Below are positions 60,333 through 64,000 of a stretch of 64,000 nt of DNA, piece after piece. Position numbers and translations under genes: made by a program. Source of the stretch: the human T2T-CHM13v2.0 reference genome, Homo sapiens; NCBI RefSeq assembly GCF_009914755.1, contig NC_060943.1, one strand, 5' to 3'. The notes below the pieces were generated by a model. It did no database searches. It was not told where the DNA came from and saw nothing but the letters and a program-made list of their open reading frames with translations. Numbering within the stretch: the first letter of the stretch is position 1; each line of letters starts with the position of its first letter.

Positions 60333-60457
60333 ATGGGATGCCTCTGTGTCCCTTCCGTCTCCTCTCTGCATGTCCTGTGGCTCCTCACTCCTGCAGCAGA
60401 TTCCTGAAGGCGTCACTGGCCCACAGTGACTGTGACAGCAGCTTTGCTTCCTCCTAA
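60333..60457 (-). pseudogene. Candidate exon (125 nt, phase 1 to 0, open)
   Basis: ggccttcccag| acceptor; CAT|GTAAGT donor. Confidence 0.4.
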
Positions 60458-60533
60458 CTGGGAAGGCCAGCTTCTTGCCAGGAAGCCCCTGCTCTCATGT
60501 CTGAGCCCCTCTGCCCCACCACTGCTCCCTCAC

Positions 60534-60864
60534 CTGCCCCAGCCAGTCAGTTCCCATATTCTGGGTCCATGCCCACCATCTCCTTCCCAGTACTGAATTC
60601 TCCAATGGTTAGAAGCTTTTGGGTTGTGATGAATAGACACGTTCTGGATATAGCTTGAGTCAATGAGGGAGGTTTACGAAAAGGTTTCAGAGGTGGAGAG
60701 ACCCAGGCGATTGCAGCTAGCGTGGAAGAGTGTTGAAGCAGAGACAGGAATACCAGGAACCTTTCCAGATGTGGTGAGAGGGCGGTGGGGGAGAGGACTG
60801 GGCCAGAGCTGCATTGGGGACCCCCAGCAAGGGTCTTGCCTGGCACAGCAACCTCTAGGGGGCA
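60534..60864 (-). pseudogene. Candidate exon of minus-strand relic (331 nt, phase 0 to 1)
   Basis: CTGAC branch point, pyrimidine tract, ctag| acceptor; CAG|GTGAGG donor; 105 open codons then one TGA. Confidence 0.4.
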
Positions 60865-61161
60865 CTAGACCATCATGAGACAAACGGGAAATGGGGTGTC
60901 AGTTATGGGCCGGGGTCTCAATATGGGCCGGGAGTAGGATAGGGCAGTGAGGCACTCACCTTGGGCACAGAATTGAAGGAAGTGCCAAAAAACTCAATAA
61001 TGAAGATAAATCAACTTTAATGCAAATTTTTTGTGTGTGTGCAATGGGGACAGTTGTTTCCAATCAGCCCAAGGTTCCTGGGTACCTTGGCCGTTTCTTG
61101 CCTTATGGGTTTATGAGGGTTCACAATGGGATGTGCATAGATTGGGGAGCATGGAGATTTA

Positions 61162-61691
<530 letters not shown>

Positions 61692-61708
61692 CTAAAAAAA
61701 CTAAGAAG

Positions 61709-61747
61709 CAGCAGCAGCAGCAGCAGCAACAACAACAACAACAACAA
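61709..61747 (+). repeat. (CAG)6(CAA)7 trinucleotide tract in an AluJ tail
   Basis: Direct reading. Confidence 0.9.
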
Positions 61748-63294
61748 ACGAACAAACCGCAGATCCACCCTACCATTGCCCCTGCCTCTGTTGAGCATTT
61801 TTGCCATGCGTAAATAAATGCCTGCTCATCCGCAGTCAGCAGTCTGAGGAAATTCTGAAACCAAATTACACATAGGCTAGTGCTCTATGCCATCAATCTG
61901 TAATGTATCTTGTTATTTGATTTTTACGTCCTTTAATACATTTCCTAAGAAGTCTGCTTTGGAAAAATCACCAAAGGAATTAGAAGAGAGAGAATAAGAA
62001 AACCCAGAAAAACTAAAAGGATTTTTCTTCCCCCCATTTTTTATTAAAATCCAATCAACCTGCACAGTGCGAGTGAGTGAGTGACTGTCTACGCTTTCAC
62101 TAACGGACCATCAGTTTCTCTCAACCTTCTCTCCATAAACGGAGAATATCAAATGAGGGTCTGGGGGTGTTAGAAAAGGGTTGGGAGCCTCAGCTCAGGT
62201 TGGTGGGCCCGCTGTGCCATGGAGCCTTTGGGGACCTCTGATTTCACATCCGTCTTGGCCCTAAATGGCCTTCTCAAACCTTCCCCCTGTCTCTCCTGGT
62301 TCTTGCCTCATTGGACTCAACCTCTTGGTGGGCAGCTCTCCAGAGGGCACCCCCAGCCTAAGAAGCAGGCCTCCTCCCAAGTCCCCAGCCTCACGAGGAT
62401 AGTGGGTAACAGGGTGGGCTCAGGGGGCCCTGGGAGATCTCCAGAGGCCTCTGGTGTGTTCACCAATGTCCCCTGACAGGTCTTGCTTGGCACAGGGGGT
62501 TCCTCTTAGAGACGTGACAGGGCACTTGGACTGTGGCAAATGAAAGAAGCGGAGGGGCAGGAACAGGGACACCTTGCGAAGAAGACAGGCCTTAGCCTTG
62601 TGCCACCCCTATGAGGTCCCTAAGCAGCCCTCTCTCTCCCACCTTTTCCCAGTCCTCGCTCCCCGGTCCTCCTCAGCACAGCCGGCTCCAGGAGGGATCA
62701 ATTCGTGGGCCCGGGAGGAGGCCAGGCGAGCACCGGCTGCCTGGAGCACTGGGCTGGAGCGCGGGGAGCGCGGCGGGGGGCGCGGGCGGGGCGGGGCTGG
62801 TGCGCAGAGCTGTCCAGCACCCCGAGGCGGGGCGTGCGCCCCCGGCCCGCCCCAGCCGCCTCCGCCCGCCCAGCCAGCGCCACTGCGGCTCGGCGGGCGC
62901 GTCACGTGGCTGGCGCAGCGCGGCCTCCAGGCTCCGGGCGCGGGCGAGGGGCCGGGCGGGAGGACTGACAGACCCACGGACGCTCTACCGGCGGCACCCG
63001 GCCGGGCGGGCTGGGCGCAGCGCGGGGCGGCCCGGGGACGCCGGGGCCGGGCGGGCTGCGCGCCGCGGGGCATGGGCGCGCCGGGGGTCCCCGGGCCCAG
63101 GCCGGCCGCGGCGGGGCTCCCGGGGCGCGGGGGCAGCGGCGGGCGGGGGTCTTCCCTGGCGGCCGCCGCTGAGCCCCCGCAGGGCCCGTGACGCCGCGGC
63201 CGATGTGGCCGCGCGCGCCCTACGGGCCTGCACCGCCACCGCACAAAGACGCCTCGGGAGCCGCCGCCTGCACCCGGGCCGCAGCAGCCACGCC

Positions 63295-63384
63295 AGCCGG
63301 AGCCCGAGCCCTAGCCCGAGCCCGAGCCCGAGCCGCAGCCAGAGCCAGAGCCGGAGCCGCAGCCGGAACCGGAGCCGGAGCCGC
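63295..63384 (+). repeat. Degenerate hexamer array (AGCCNN)x15 in the LRP3 5' leader
   Basis: agccgg agcccg agccct agcccg agcccg agcccg agccgc agccag agccag agccgg agccgc agccgg aaccgg agccgg agccgc. Confidence 0.9.
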
Positions 63385-63422
63385 GGGGCAGGAGGCGGCG
63401 CCCGCGGGCGGCCGGGCCCGGC

Positions 63423-63495
63423 ATGGAGAAGCGCGCGGCCGCGGGGCTGGAGGGCGCGCCGGGCGCCCGGGCGCAGCTGGCCGTCGTCTGTCTGG
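63423..63495 (+). CDS. LRP3: LRP3 coding exon 1 (MEKRAAAGLEGAPGARAQLAVVCL; start of signal peptide); gene continues beyond the window
   Basis: ggcATGG Kozak context, TGG|GTGAGT donor (phase 1); N-terminus recognised as human LRP3. Confidence 0.93.
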
Positions 63496-64000
63496 GTGAG
63501 TGGGCCGCGCGGGCCGGGCAGGTCCGGGTCCCCCGCATGGCAGTCCGCGCCGCGCCCTGACCGACCCCCTCTCCGGCCGCGGCATCCCGAGCCCCCCACC
63601 GCGGTGGCTCCCGCGCGGAGACCCAGAGAGGGGCCAGCACCGCTTGCCCGCCTGGCCCCGGGCCTGGGAGGGCGACTCTGGTGGCGCAGCCCCGGCTCCC
63701 GCCCCGCTCGGAGTAGCGCCCGGAGCCCGGGCTGAGCGCTGGCAGGCGGCCCTTCGTGCAGGCGGCAGCCTTCAACCCGGCCCGCCCGCGCTGAGCCTGG
63801 AGACGAGGGGGCCCCGGGAGCTGGGGACAAAGGCCAGGCCGGCTGTCCCCTGAAGAAGAAACTGTTTCCGGCCCGGAGTTGGGGTGGGGGCTGGTGTAAG
63901 CCGCAGATGGGGACTCGGGGTGCGGGGCAGGGCTGGAGGAGGGTGCCAGTGTGGAGGCGGCTTCCAGGGGACTCCTGTTTTCCCTTTGTGTCTCTCAGCC

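Larger units (their letters stand above)
62680..64000 (+). promoter_or_regulatory. LRP3: LRP3 CpG-island promoter
   Basis: Very high GC/CpG; GC boxes at 62784-62797; E-box GTCACGTGGC at 62901-62910. Confidence 0.85.

Noticed and set aside
60389-60453. Alternative minus-strand exon EEAKLLSQSLWASDAFRNLLQE (ttag| ... GA|GTGAGG)
   Set aside because: Its phase-2 exit puts the 55458-55648 exon into a frame with several stops; not preferred, but not excluded.
61709-61747. PolyQ or polyL coding repeat
   Set aside because: Lies in an Alu tail with no exon context.
62574-63853. Long ORFs (374, 281, 211 aa) over the LRP3 island
   Set aside because: Extreme GC content removes stop codons; low-complexity R/G/A/P composition with no recognisable domain.

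Overview
Human (primate) genomic DNA, very Alu-dense. I recognise it as the WDR88 - tRNA-Thr(AGT) - LRP3 interval (chr19q13.11, from recall). On the + strand I reconstructed all 11 coding exons of WDR88 (855-44208; 1419 nt, 472 aa plus stop; every junction GT-AG and phase-consistent) with a polyA signal at 44412. A tRNA-Thr(AGT) gene lies at 45693-45766 inside a CpG island, and the CpG-island promoter and first coding exon of LRP3 are at the right end (ATG 63423). The rest is Alu, L1, L2, MER1A/MER82/MER20, MST/THE1 LTRs, an ERVL fragment and microsatellites. The most interesting unexplained signal is between the tRNA and LRP3. Most non-repeat islands there are bracketed by minus-strand splice acceptor/donor pairs. 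They can be chained in consistent phase into a roughly 480-codon frame broken by only 7 stops, 6 of them TGA. This suggests a decayed multi-exon gene or spliced lncRNA head-to-head with LRP3. Other notable items: a local inverted duplication in WDR88 intron 2, a divergent pair of CTCF-like motifs, uORFs and a hexamer array before the LRP3 start codon, and a putative C-terminal zinc-binding motif in WDR88. Repeat boundaries are approximate and family names are by eye.
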